Source: Iphione sp. A-MEVVRFRX5
Taxonomy: Eukaryota
Length of the DNA: 64,000 nt
Assembly: GCA_976226885.1 (NCBI GenBank)
Contig: OZ320314.1
Span: 130,386,001-130,450,000, forward strand
Direction: 5' to 3'
Under the pieces are notes generated by a model that did not search any database, was not told the origin of the DNA, and saw nothing but the letters and a program-made list of their open reading frames with translations. Made by a program: the position numbers and the translations under genes. Each line of letters begins with the position of its first letter. Positions within the stretch are counted from its first letter, which is position 1. Shown here piece by piece: positions 52,055 to 62,373 of the stretch.

Positions 52055-52168
52055 CTTTAACTATGGATGGATGTGCATAGTCACTGTGCAAATGCTCTAC
52101 ATCGCGACCTGCAGTCTGGACATTGAGCGCCGGCACAGCGAACCATCCTCATCCATCCATAGTTAAAG
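52055..52168. mobile_element. Small MITE/hairpin
   Basis: Perfect 19-bp IR ctttaactatggatggatg; an extra partial left end lies at 51961. Confidence 0.65.
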
Positions 52169-52179
52169 GCAGAGTTAGA

Positions 52180-52660
52180 AATCATGGTCTCTCACCCCTC
52201 TGTTCACTCTCCACTGTGATGTGGTCTTAAACGGGGTCCCAACTGTATACGGCTTTCCAGAGAGTATTGAATTTAACTATATAAATATAGCAAAATATAT
52301 AGCTAGGTAGATCATGGACACTGTGTTGCTCAGGTCTCCATATATTACCGTAAAGAGATTGGTCAATTCCCTTAACTAAACCTAGAACTACCTTACCTGA
52401 GTAATAGTAGTAGCTGCACCCTCCTCTCTGGGGCCAGTTAGTGTTGTGACGGGGTACTTGTAGGTCCCCCTATGACCGGTAAGGGGGGGGAGGACATTTA
52501 TTTTTAAGCTGTTGTGGTGACCACGTTAACATTCCAATACAGGTCGTTTCAGATCTACCTGTATATAATTACATACTGTATGAGAGTTGAGACGAGCCCG
52601 GTCGCTGTCGACGCCCTCCACGTGGTCTCCGTTCATCTCCACCTCTGCCAGTCGCCCTTA
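52180..52660 (-). pseudogene. Orphan copy of the EamA-gene 5' module with no adjacent coding exon
   Basis: Homologous to 47300-47600 and 41250-41580, including donor CAG|GTAAGG at 52397/52396. A TATA-like tatttaa lies at about 52648. Confidence 0.65.
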
Positions 52661-53037
52661 AATAGTACAGGAGGGTGGGTAAAGGCTTAACAGAATGTTA
52701 AGCTGCTGGGCCGCTTTGAAATCACGCCTTGACACATATAAGCTATCATTGACTAGGCCCCCCAAAAAATAGGTGTGTTTCTGGTTATGATCAGCCAAAA
52801 AACCGAGGGAGGGAGGGAGGGAGGGAGGGAGGGAGGGAGTATCTTTTTTAAAAAAATGTTCTTCCACTTTCTTCCTCTGGTTTTCAATAATAAGACAGTA
52901 TGAAGAATTTTGACCAATTCTTTGCTAAATTTCCATGGATTATTACTGATATGAACCAGGCCATGGAAAATAGGTAGTAGTAAATGCATTGACTATTATT
53001 TCCTTGCACGTATCTGAGTGTTGTTGTGTGTATTGTG

Positions 53038-55956
53038 TCAATCAGTGTCAGCTGTTTCTGTATTCCAGGTTCTGATAATGTCTTGTTTGAAACTTAGTAT
53101 TGGATGAACTGTGTCAAAGTGTATTGCTTGTAGTTTCTCGTTGTTCCATGCCTTGATTATATTATAGTAAGTGGTGCCGCTGATGTGTCTATTGTTGCAA
53201 TTATTGGGTGTAATGTAATAGTCAATGTTATTGTTCCTGAGTGCATATTCTCTTGATCTTAGTGTGAAATTGTGTTGTATATAGGTTGGGTGTATTCCTA
53301 GAAATGCTTTGTATCCTTGTATGAGAAGGTGTAATTTGATCCTATCCTCAATCAGTAGTATGTTCGCTTGTTGATGTACTATAGTTGTAGGTGTTCTGTA
53401 GTCGAGTCCTAATGCTCGTTTCAGTCCTTTGTTCTGTAATCTCTGTATTTGTTGTCTATGGTGTTTCGGAGAGTTTGTCCATATAATGTCCATGTAGTCT
53501 ATATGTGGTAGTACGAATAATTTGTAAAGTAAAAGTCTTGTTGTTGTGTCGAGTGTTCTGTTAATAATGTTGAGGTTGATAAGTGATATATTGACCTTCT
53601 TGGTTAAGTGTGCTATGTGATCCTTCATATTTAAATTATTATCCAAATGGAATCCTAAGTATCTGTATGTTGTTACTTGTTCTATGTTAGTATTACTTAA
53701 AGTTAGTCTTGTATGATTTCTTATGTCCGGTAGTTTGTTGGTGCTACCAAATATCATGAATTTGGTTTTGTTCAAGTTCAGGCCAAGTTTGTGATAAGTC
53801 AGCCAATCCAGGACTCTTGTTAATACATCTTGGGCTTGTTGTGTACAGACTTTGGGGTTACTGTGATTACAAAGGATTAAGGTGTCGTCTGCATACATGG
53901 AATAGCAATTAGGAGTTATAAATTTATACACATAGTCTATGTATAATGTAAATAATGTTGGACCTAGAACAGATCCCTGGGTTACTCCTGTACGTATAGT
54001 TTCGTAATTGGAGATTTCTGTGTCAACTTTGGTACATTGAGTTCTATCGGTGAGGTAGTTAGTGATTAGGCCAATTGCAGAGTCTTTGATTCCTATTTGT
54101 TTGAGCTTGTCAATTAGCATAGTATGAGATATAGTATCAAAAGCCTTTGATATGTCTAAGAATAAGGCTATTGTGAATTCCTTGTTGGCGTTATTTAATC
54201 TTATCCTGTCTGTTACATATTGTACCATTGTAAGAGTAGAATATCCTGCTCTATAACCTCCTTGATATTCACTAATTCGTTTATTTTGGTTCAGGTACCG
54301 TGTGAGCCTTGTATGCAGAACCTTTTCAAGGACTTTGTGGATAAAAGGGAGGACTGAGATGGGTCTATAGTTTGAGGGTGACTTTGGGTCTCCTCCCTTA
54401 AAAAGTGGTGTTATTGTCGCCTTTTTCCATTTAATTGGTATGTACTCTTCATTTATTACTCTATTGATTAGTTCCGTTATTATTGGAATTAAGTATGGTG
54501 ATAGAGTAATTACAATCTTCATAGGAACATTGATTATTCCAGAGGGTTTTGTTGATTTGAGAGTTTTGAAGATCTTTGTTACTTCTTCCTCCATGGTGGG
54601 CTCGAAGGTTGTTAGTTCAGAGTCTACTGTGTCATATATATATTCGTATTGTGATTTATCTAGTGAGTGTTGTAGTTTGAGTCCTATTGTAGTGAAATGA
54701 AAATTCAGTGCATCAGCAATTGGTTTCTTACTATCTAGATATTGATCATTTACATATAGTTTCTTGATTTCAGCAGTGTCACTCCTCTTACTGGGTAGAA
54801 ATTGCCTAAGGAAGTTCCAATATTTGGGTGGGTCGTCTCTATATTGATTTAGCTTGCTCCTAATATAGTTTCTTTTCGCCGAGCGAATTTTGCTATTTAG
54901 TCTATTCCTAAGGGATTTAGCTTGTTGTAGAAGGGTTGGGTCTTTGGTGGTTCTATATTTCTTAAAGATCTTTTCTTTTTCTTTCCTGAGTTGAGTTATA
55001 TCTGGTGTTATCCATTTGGGCAAATTAGTTGGTATTCTCTTAGTCTTAAATGGGGCATGTTTGTCTAGGGTGTTTATTATTATTGTTTCTATTTGATTCC
55101 AGGTATTGTCAAGTGTTTGTGTCCGATTGAGTTGGTTTAGTTTAGTTTGGACTACATTTCCAAATTTAATTTCATCAAATTGTGTATAGTCTCTAGATTT
55201 AATTGTGGTAAATTTGGGTTTTATATTGAGGTTCTTTCTTTTGGTGTATATCCAAAAGTGGTCACTTATATTGTTTAGTATGGTGCCTGCTGTATGATAT
55301 TTAGAAATCCGGTTGGTCAGTATTAAATCTATTACAGTTGATGTTCTATCTGTCACTCTCGTTGGGGTATTGATTAGGTTTTTGAGGTTATTGTTGTTCT
55401 CAAATGAGCGCAGCTTCTTAAATTGGGGGGTTCGGTGTTTCTTATAATCAATGTTGAAGTCACCAATGAGTAATACTTCATTGGTGTCTGCTTGGACATG
55501 TGTAAGTATATTTTGTAAAGTGCTAAGGAAGGTGTCTAAATTACCCATTGGTGGTCTATAGATAGTTATTATAAATATATTACCAATAAATTTATGTGAA
55601 AATTTACATGTCATTACTTCAATATTAGGATTAGAGTAGCAAGCTTTGCTATCAACTTCTATGGTGGCATTATTTAATAATTTGGTCTTGTAATACATGG
55701 CGACTCCTCCATGTTTCTTGTCTGAATGCATTCGGTCATGTCTAATTAAATTGTAGTTCTTCAATGTAAGTAAATTGCTGTTAATGTCAGAGTGCAGCCA
55801 GGTTTCTGAGACAGTCAGAAAGTCAATGTTGTCCTCTACAAGTTCTACTTGTAGTTTGTCAAACTTGTTGCGTATGCTCCTGAGATTTGCATGGATTATA
55901 TTCAATCCATGCTTATTTAATAGAGAAATTGAGTCTAGAGTGTCTTTTACAGACAT
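53038..55956 (-). CDS. LINE ORF2: apurinic endonuclease + reverse transcriptase
   Basis: APE motifs HANLRS, VSETWL, GGVAMY, IGDFN, IDLIL, SDH; RT motifs NYRPISVL, FLDISKAFD, GVTQGSVLGPTLF, YADD, YLGFHLD. 972 aa without interruption. Confidence 0.97.
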   Translation of the reverse strand: MSVKDTLDSISLLNKHGLNIIHANLRSIRNKFDKLQVELVEDNIDFLTVSETWLHSDINSNLLTLKNYNLIRHDRMHSDKKHGGVAMYYKTKLLNNATIEVDSKACYSNPNIEVMTCKFSHKFIGNIFIITIYRPPMGNLDTFLSTLQNILTHVQADTNEVLLIGDFNIDYKKHRTPQFKKLRSFENNNNLKNLINTPTRVTDRTSTVIDLILTNRISKYHTAGTILNNISDHFWIYTKRKNLNIKPKFTTIKSRDYTQFDEIKFGNVVQTKLNQLNRTQTLDNTWNQIETIIINTLDKHAPFKTKRIPTNLPKWITPDITQLRKEKEKIFKKYRTTKDPTLLQQAKSLRNRLNSKIRSAKRNYIRSKLNQYRDDPPKYWNFLRQFLPSKRSDTAEIKKLYVNDQYLDSKKPIADALNFHFTTIGLKLQHSLDKSQYEYIYDTVDSELTTFEPTMEEEVTKIFKTLKSTKPSGIINVPMKIVITLSPYLIPIITELINRVINEEYIPIKWKKATITPLFKGGDPKSPSNYRPISVLPFIHKVLEKVLHTRLTRYLNQNKRISEYQGGYRAGYSTLTMVQYVTDRIRLNNANKEFTIALFLDISKAFDTISHTMLIDKLKQIGIKDSAIGLITNYLTDRTQCTKVDTEISNYETIRTGVTQGSVLGPTLFTLYIDYVYKFITPNCYSMYADDTLILCNHSNPKVCTQQAQDVLTRVLDWLTYHKLGLNLNKTKFMIFGSTNKLPDIRNHTRLTLSNTNIEQVTTYRYLGFHLDNNLNMKDHIAHLTKKVNISLINLNIINRTLDTTTRLLLYKLFVLPHIDYMDIIWTNSPKHHRQQIQRLQNKGLKRALGLDYRTPTTIVHQQANILLIEDRIKLHLLIQGYKAFLGIHPTYIQHNFTLRSREYALRNNNIDYYITPNNCNNRHISGTTYYNIIKAWNNEKLQAIHFDTVHPILSFKQDIIRTWNTETADTD

Positions 55957-56534
55957 ATACTAGCTAATTATTCGAGAAAAAACAACCGATAAGTGCCTCT
56001 AAGAAGGCAAAGGTGAGATGGTTCACCGCGAAATCAGGATTTCACGTGCATTGCTACGATAGAAGTGTGGTGAAAAGTTATTTCTGCTTATATAGCTGTT
56101 TCCTGTATGAGCGCCTAAAATTCAACTGATTGTATTTGTTATATATGCATTAAATGCATTTAATGTGTGAGATGTAGTGACTATGTAGTTTTCGGTGTAG
56201 TGCGTATGTCTTAGATGTTGCGTAAGTATGTCATGGTATCCGGTCTACTTATGGCATTGTGACGTATTTCCGGTGTTATGACGTAGCGTCATGTTTCGTG
56301 TTGCTAGTAAATTTTGGTGTTGTGTTGATGCTTTCAAGATACAGTGCAAGGATTACTTATTCAATCTGAAATAAAGACATATTGAGCTAAATAAACAATT
56401 AGTTGAGAACAATTATAAGAAAAACTCTGTTAGTTCAGGGTGTACGAGTAGTTATCCATCCAGTGTTACATACTGCCTGTCACTTCAAAATTTCTGTAAT
56501 GGATAATGTTCATTGCTGAGTCATCGTGCTAAGT

Positions 56535-57380
56535 TTAATTATCCTCAGTATAGAAAATGGGATTGCTGGTAGGTGTGACTTTGACAAAAATCTTGCCATT
56601 GACTGTCCATGCACTAGCATATTTCCCTGCTTTGACATCCATTCTCGCTTTATAGTATTTCTTGCGATTGGGCTCAGTTAGGTCTTCATTTAGAAATACG
56701 CCTTTAGCTATCCTACCAAGTACTACTCTCTTGCTGTAGATAAGTTTCTTGGTTGATTCTTTGATAAAAGAGACAAATAATGGCCTGGTTTCATTGGTAT
56801 TGCCCTTTTTGCCTATTCTATAGACCTGATCGAAATCTTGTCTTGTGACCTGTGGACTAATGTCCATTCTTTCAAAAAGGTGCAACAGTTCGTCAACGTC
56901 TGCTTCATTTGTCTCCCTCATACCAGCTATCCTAAAAGCCCTATTTCTAGCTTTCTGTTCAATATCATCAGTTTTCTGAATATTGTCAATTGTTGCAGTG
57001 GTTAATTCAGAGACTTGATCTTCGATACAGTCAAATCTTTCATCAAAACCCTTCATCGATTCCCTCAATGTGGTCTTGATGGCGCCGTGGATGACCTTCT
57101 CTAGCTCCTTCTTGTTCGTAGAGATATTCGACATCCTTGAGACCGTTGAGACCATGGAAACACTTGAATTGCTGGTTTGTGGTTCAACGGATTCCTTCTT
57201 AGTACTGCTTCCTTTGCTCTTGATCCCACTAGTGCCAGGCTTGGTACCTTTTGATATAGCTTCACTTCTCTCAATCTCTTCTTTCGTGAAACCATTGAAC
57301 GAACCAGATGAGCTACTGGAGTTACTTTGCCTCTTTTCAGGGTTTTTACCCTTTTTCGATTTGAACATTCGTAGAGGCAT
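56535..57380 (-). CDS. LINE ORF1 (coiled coil + RRM/CTD, L1-ORF1-like)
   Basis: IEQKARNRAFRIAGM, VYRIG, RPLFVSF, VFLNEDLT, AWTVNGKIFVK; lies upstream of ORF2 on the same strand. Confidence 0.9.
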   Translation of the reverse strand: MPLRMFKSKKGKNPEKRQSNSSSSSGSFNGFTKEEIERSEAISKGTKPGTSGIKSKGSSTKKESVEPQTSNSSVSMVSTVSRMSNISTNKKELEKVIHGAIKTTLRESMKGFDERFDCIEDQVSELTTATIDNIQKTDDIEQKARNRAFRIAGMRETNEADVDELLHLFERMDISPQVTRQDFDQVYRIGKKGNTNETRPLFVSFIKESTKKLIYSKRVVLGRIAKGVFLNEDLTEPNRKKYYKARMDVKAGKYASAWTVNGKIFVKVTPTSNPIFYTEDN

Positions 57381-58284
57381 AATTATTTGTTCGTTTGAGT
57401 CTGTTATTCAAAGATTCTCCTTGAAAATATTCAAAATAAACTGCTTAGGACAGTTGTTGCTAAGTGTCTTATGGCCTTGATTACTGTAAACAAACCATCT
57501 TGGGCAGTCTGCTTATCGCCAAGCTTGTTGGGATCAATATCTTGATGGAAACTCCACACAGAAGTTCAATTTGTCCTGTTTTTCAGGCTATAACATATTA
57601 TAATTCGTAGGAAACTGAAATGCGGTTTGATTTCATTTCATTTCCCCACTTTTATATGTTTTTCCTGAGGAGCGCAGTTAGACCTGTCTCACCATGTCCC
57701 GCGCATGCGCAGAACTCATTGGGGGCAAAAAAGGTTTAGGTAGGGTGAGGTTTTACTAATTTGGTATGGGTGACCAGAAATACGTTCATTTTTGCCCTAT
57801 GCTAAGACATGCCACAGCTAACAAGGCTACGAGGGGGGGAGGGATTCTACTCACAACATTCAAAGATGCGGTGGGTTGTCCGCCGGTTCTCTTAGAAGGA
57901 GAGAGCCATCGTGGCAGAAAGAAGTTTTTCGGTCCCTCCTCAAATCACTGCCGTATCACTGACGTGCTTGGGATTCGGGAAACAATGCTTATAGATTAAA
58001 TTTTAAATCATTGTTATGTTTTATCATTGAAATAAATTGATCTGTATTCATTTCCTGTATGTAATCAAGAACTCGGGGAGTAATGTGTTCCTATATATAC
58101 GCTAAGGTTTGACCTCTCACCCCTCTCTCTGCTCTTATAATAGCAAGGACATGATGCGCGCGCACCGATTAGACGTGAACCCCTGTGTTATTTGCGGGGC
58201 TTGGGGGGGGGGGTGGAGTCATTGGTGTCTCCATGAAAACCTTGCTCCTTCCCCCTTCCCCCCAAGTGCTCCGTAACAATAAAA

Positions 58285-58644
58285 TGTACACCACACCAGA
58301 GGTTGATCTTGAGAAAAGCCTTTTATTGCTGAGCAGTGATACAGTCTGCAGATCTTCACAAGTGAGTCCCGCAAGTGATGCACAACCCTCATATTATATA
58401 CCCTATGTTAGCGTAAACAACTTCATTAAAATTTGCCAAACTCGTTGTGTAATCCATCACTTATCATTGAAGCAAAGGACTTACAGATAACGATACTTTT
58501 ATGGGGGTCATTAGATACCAAGTTGCACCAATCCAAGTTGATGCTCATTACTGGGTACATGTAAGATAGGAGTTACACAAACATGCAATACCTCACACGG
58601 AGAGTGCGTTGTCATGTATGCCAACTGCGTAAAGACAACTTACA
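58285..58644 (-). mobile_element. Probable solo LTR
   Basis: tgtac...ttaca ends; minus-strand TATA (about 58393) and AATAAA (about 58323); same terminal architecture as 15138. Flanks differ, so no TSD. Confidence 0.45.
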
Positions 58645-59173
58645 TCGTGTTCCACAGGGAAATACCACAGTTGTGATTGGCCACTGTGGTGGTGTATATT
58701 GTATAGTTAGACTCTGAACTACGTTGTCCCATGATACTTGAATTTTGCTGAAAATATATGAATGGCTGGAAGATACGTATAGCACTAATGAAGATGATAC
58801 CAATAAGTATAAACTCTGGAAATGTGACTTTCTTCATACCATGCATTTGTAGGAGGATCACTGTTCCCAGGAAAGTACCCAATATCAGCACTAGCATTAC
58901 ATGACCTATGGGTAAGTAGGTGCTGGCCAGTATGGTTAGGGCAAGTCCAGGTATGCTGAGAGTACTGGTGAGTGCTACCCAGGGTACCAGATCCCTGGGC
59001 ACCAGAGGGCTAACAGCATCTCTTCTCATGAAGTACACACACAGGAGGATAGCTTGGCAGGTGTAGCAACCCAGACACAGCTCGAAGATGGTTATGGTAT
59101 GGTGCATGAGCTGAATGTAGACAATGGCCACATTCTTTGTTATCTCCCCACCAAAGAAAGCTATATGACCACT
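58645..59173 (-). pseudogene. Internal fragment of a paralog-A-type EamA gene
   Basis: Matches paralog A from about G(C/H)MAVFGGE to CGI(P/S)LWN. The 5' end is fused at 59173/59174 to sequence homologous to 42800, and the 3' half is missing. Confidence 0.9.
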
Positions 59174-59961
59174 GCTAGTTTCTCTCCATGGGACCACATC
59201 TCATGTCCTTTGTCATTTTTCCCTGTAGTAAGATTAAATTTGTGACAAGTCCATTGCTGTTCACATTTATGAAACTTGTTGAATCTATTGGAAAGTGTCC
59301 CATATGTGCATTGCTATCTGGGTCCATATGGGTCCATTGCAGTGTATTTTCCCATTTTTAGGACATGTCCAACAATTTTCCTTCATTGCACATCACTGCA
59401 TGAGTTGCATATAGCAGATAGTCTTTAGAGAAGGCAAGAATATTAATGAACCTATGTTAGATACCTATATCTAGATATTGTAACCCCTGAAGCAGAACTA
59501 TAATTGTTTAAAACCTTGGAACATTAAAAACAACTAAAGATTAACTCACTATACTGTGTTAGTATATTTATTAACTTTATTAGCAATGTTCTAACAAGGT
59601 TGACAGAAGTTAGTTCTCATAATAAAATAAAGTTGTTTACAGTAAGAGACCACCTTGGTCTCATGAATGAATATAAAATATCCTAGAATCCAATGTGTTA
59701 TTCCAAGGTGTAGCTTTGTATGAGCAAACTGGTTCCATACCAGAAGGTGAGTTTGAATTGCTTGTAACTGAACTGCCTGTCTAGGTGAATTCCCTAGACT
59801 TTTATAAGGGATGAGGGTACTGAGTCAACCCCAGAAAGTATCAGATGAAGAGGCAGCCCCAATGAATGCCACATACTTTTCAAGCGTGCCCACACACTCC
59901 TTAAGAATGCCCATACTCTCCCCAAGAATGCCATCCCACTCCCCAGCAGTGGCCCATGTGA

Positions 59962-59963
<2 letters not shown>

Positions 59964-59997
<34 letters not shown>

Positions 59998-60111
59998 TTT
60001 ATTTATTCCAACCATCATCCTAACAGAGGTTTTTCATAATGTGGAATGCAAATCAGTAGGTCATGTGAATTACATAACATAATCAGGTGGATAATGTAAT
60101 GTGGATAATGC
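59964..60111 (-). mobile_element. 5'-truncated LINE 3'-end fragment with (ATT)n tail
   Basis: Minus strand ends gatggttggaataaataaaattt(att)n. Absent from the paralogous site at about 44570; gaat direct repeat on both sides. Confidence 0.75.
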
Positions 60112-61329
60112 GAATGAAAGAGCAAACTAGAATGTGAATCAGTTTGACTCACATTATGATTTGGCCCCAACGAAAGATTCATATTGTGAGATGATTCTTT
60201 CTGTGCTAGGTCACTCAGTAGCAACAAATCCATGGTGTTTATTTGGTTCTCCTTTTTGTTTTCTTATCAAAGTTACTTCTTATCCAATTTGGTGTTTTAA
60301 AAAAAAATATTTCATATACCACCATACAATATTACTAGTATTACACATAGAATTATAATGGATAGGTAGTTCACATTTCTTATACAATTTCACATAGAGT
60401 ATAAGGGAAATAAAGCTTTTTATCTGGTTGGATGTCATTTATGTCAATTCTGTATGAAAAAATGCTGTATGAATTCTATAACACCAATATCATAAAATTC
60501 CAAATATGTCAGTGAGTACACAGAAAGACACTAGAGGATATAGAATACTATGTTCTTCTGACAAAAATATATCAAGGAGAGGCTTTCATGATAGAAACCT
60601 TAGAGAATATATATTGGATATATTAGGGACATATCACGGCATGTATAATACATACATCAAACAGTATTAACACATATTGAATAAAATGCAGTGGATACAC
60701 CAATCATTCTTATTGCTATAACACTGCCAACACCCTATTAGGAACACTAATAGTCACAATAACACATTAAGTATGCTCGTAGTTGGTATATATTCTTGAA
60801 TAAATGATGTGTTTCAATGCTTTTATTAAGCACATATGTTTCAGTGAACACTGTCATGCATATCTATCAGCTTAAAAGTGGAGAAATCATTGTACTCCCA
60901 AACCTAGTCTAAATACCTAACCCATCATAATAAATTGTTTTGTGTGGACAAGTATTTTACCTAAGTATCTATGTATATATATATACATATTACTATTATA
61001 ACAATGCATGAATATTTTTCTAACACACCATTATGTGAATACTATACCATCATAGATTTAGCAGATAGAAAGAATATACTGGGCATAGGGAGAGCTCCCA
61101 GTTTTATATGTGTTAGAGTCATATCATTTTTGCATGTGTTAGTGTATAGTCTAATATTTTGACTGTTAATTTGCACATTAACATTTATTTTTGACAGGCA
61201 TAACAAAACAGGAAAATAGATTACACAGTATTTCCATATTCTTTCACTTTTCTCTGTGACATAGTTTTTAGGATAACAAAATCAGCCCAAGACTTTTATG
61301 AATTATTTATACATATATATATTTATCTC

Positions 61330-62373
61330 TCATGTTTCTCGTAAAGTAGTTTTGACATTTTGTTTGTGCCTATAAGACAGATAGATGCAGCTCACAATAG
61401 CAGCAGTGGTCATAAAGGCTCCTAAAACCTCAGCTATATTATGGTGGCCCCTAATGAGTATATTTGGGAAGATGTACTGTAGTAAGAAAGCTATGACAAT
61501 ACTCACATTGGATACAAGTACATATACCGAGGGGCGTACATTTTGGGCACCATAGACACGTAGCATTGATGAGGTTGATGATGCTGACATATAGATACTG
61601 AAGAATAGGAGTACTGGAACATCATGTATCACTACAGGTGCATTAATGTAGAACATAAGAAGTAGTGTGATAGGAATATTTATGATACCTGTCCATAGGT
61701 TAATAATGCTTGTATTGATATCAGCAAGTTTAATGTTGATAAAGAAGAAACGTAATGATTTCATAATACCTCCTGCGAGTGCAACCAACCAACCAAATGT
61801 CATGTTCAAGAGAGACATACCACAGTCATGATTGCCCCTGATGGTGGTAGGTGTTGTATAATTAGAGTCTGAACTGCACTGCCCCATGCTACTTGAATTC
61901 TGCTGAAAATATGTGAATGGCTGGAAAATAAATAGAGCACCGATGAAGATGACACCAAAGAGCACACATTCTGGGAATGTGACTTTCTTCATACTGTGCA
62001 TCTGTAGGAGGATTACTGTTCCCAGGAAATTACTTAACATCAGCGCTAGTACGGCATGACCCACAGGTAGATACATGCTGGCCAGTGTTTTTAAAGCAAG
62101 TCCAGGAATGCTGAGAGTAGAGGTGAGTACCACCCAAGGTACCAGGTCTCTAGTCAACAGAGGTGTAAGAGCACCTCTCTTCATGAGGTATACACATAGG
62201 AGGATGGTCTGGCAAGTGTAGCGACCCAGACAGAGCTGGAAGACAGGGATGGTATGGTGCATGAGCTGAACGCAAACAAGGGTCACATTCTCTAACAGCT
62301 TTCCACCAAAGATAGCCATATAACCACTTATAGCGTAGAGTGTAGTGCTGCAACTGCCATGAGTTTGAGACAT
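61330..62373 (-). CDS. EamA/DMT transporter, SLC35G-like (paralog B'), main coding exon
   Basis: Close paralog of B with an intact frame and acceptor tctctcag|gATG (MSQTH). Confidence 0.85.
   Translation of the reverse strand: MSQTHGSCSTTLYAISGYMAIFGGKLLENVTLVCVQLMHHTIPVFQLCLGRYTCQTILLCVYLMKRGALTPLLTRDLVPWVVLTSTLSIPGLALKTLASMYLPVGHAVLALMLSNFLGTVILLQMHSMKKVTFPECVLFGVIFIGALFIFQPFTYFQQNSSSMGQCSSDSNYTTPTTIRGNHDCGMSLLNMTFGWLVALAGGIMKSLRFFFINIKLADINTSIINLWTGIINIPITLLLMFYINAPVVIHDVPVLLFFSIYMSASSTSSMLRVYGAQNVRPSVYVLVSNVSIVIAFLLQYIFPNILIRGHHNIAEVLGAFMTTAAIVSCIYLSYRHKQNVKTTLRET

Larger units (their letters stand above)
52930..57500 (-). mobile_element. Near full-length non-LTR retrotransposon (LINE), CR1/L2 supergroup
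   Basis: Two intact ORFs (RRM-type ORF1, APE-RT ORF2) with no RNase H or C-terminal zinc finger. Element ends are approximate. Confidence 0.9.

Noticed and set aside
57690-57715. NRF1-like motif cgcgcatgcgca near the LINE 5' end
   Set aside because: A single motif that cannot be assigned to either the LINE promoter or a host gene.
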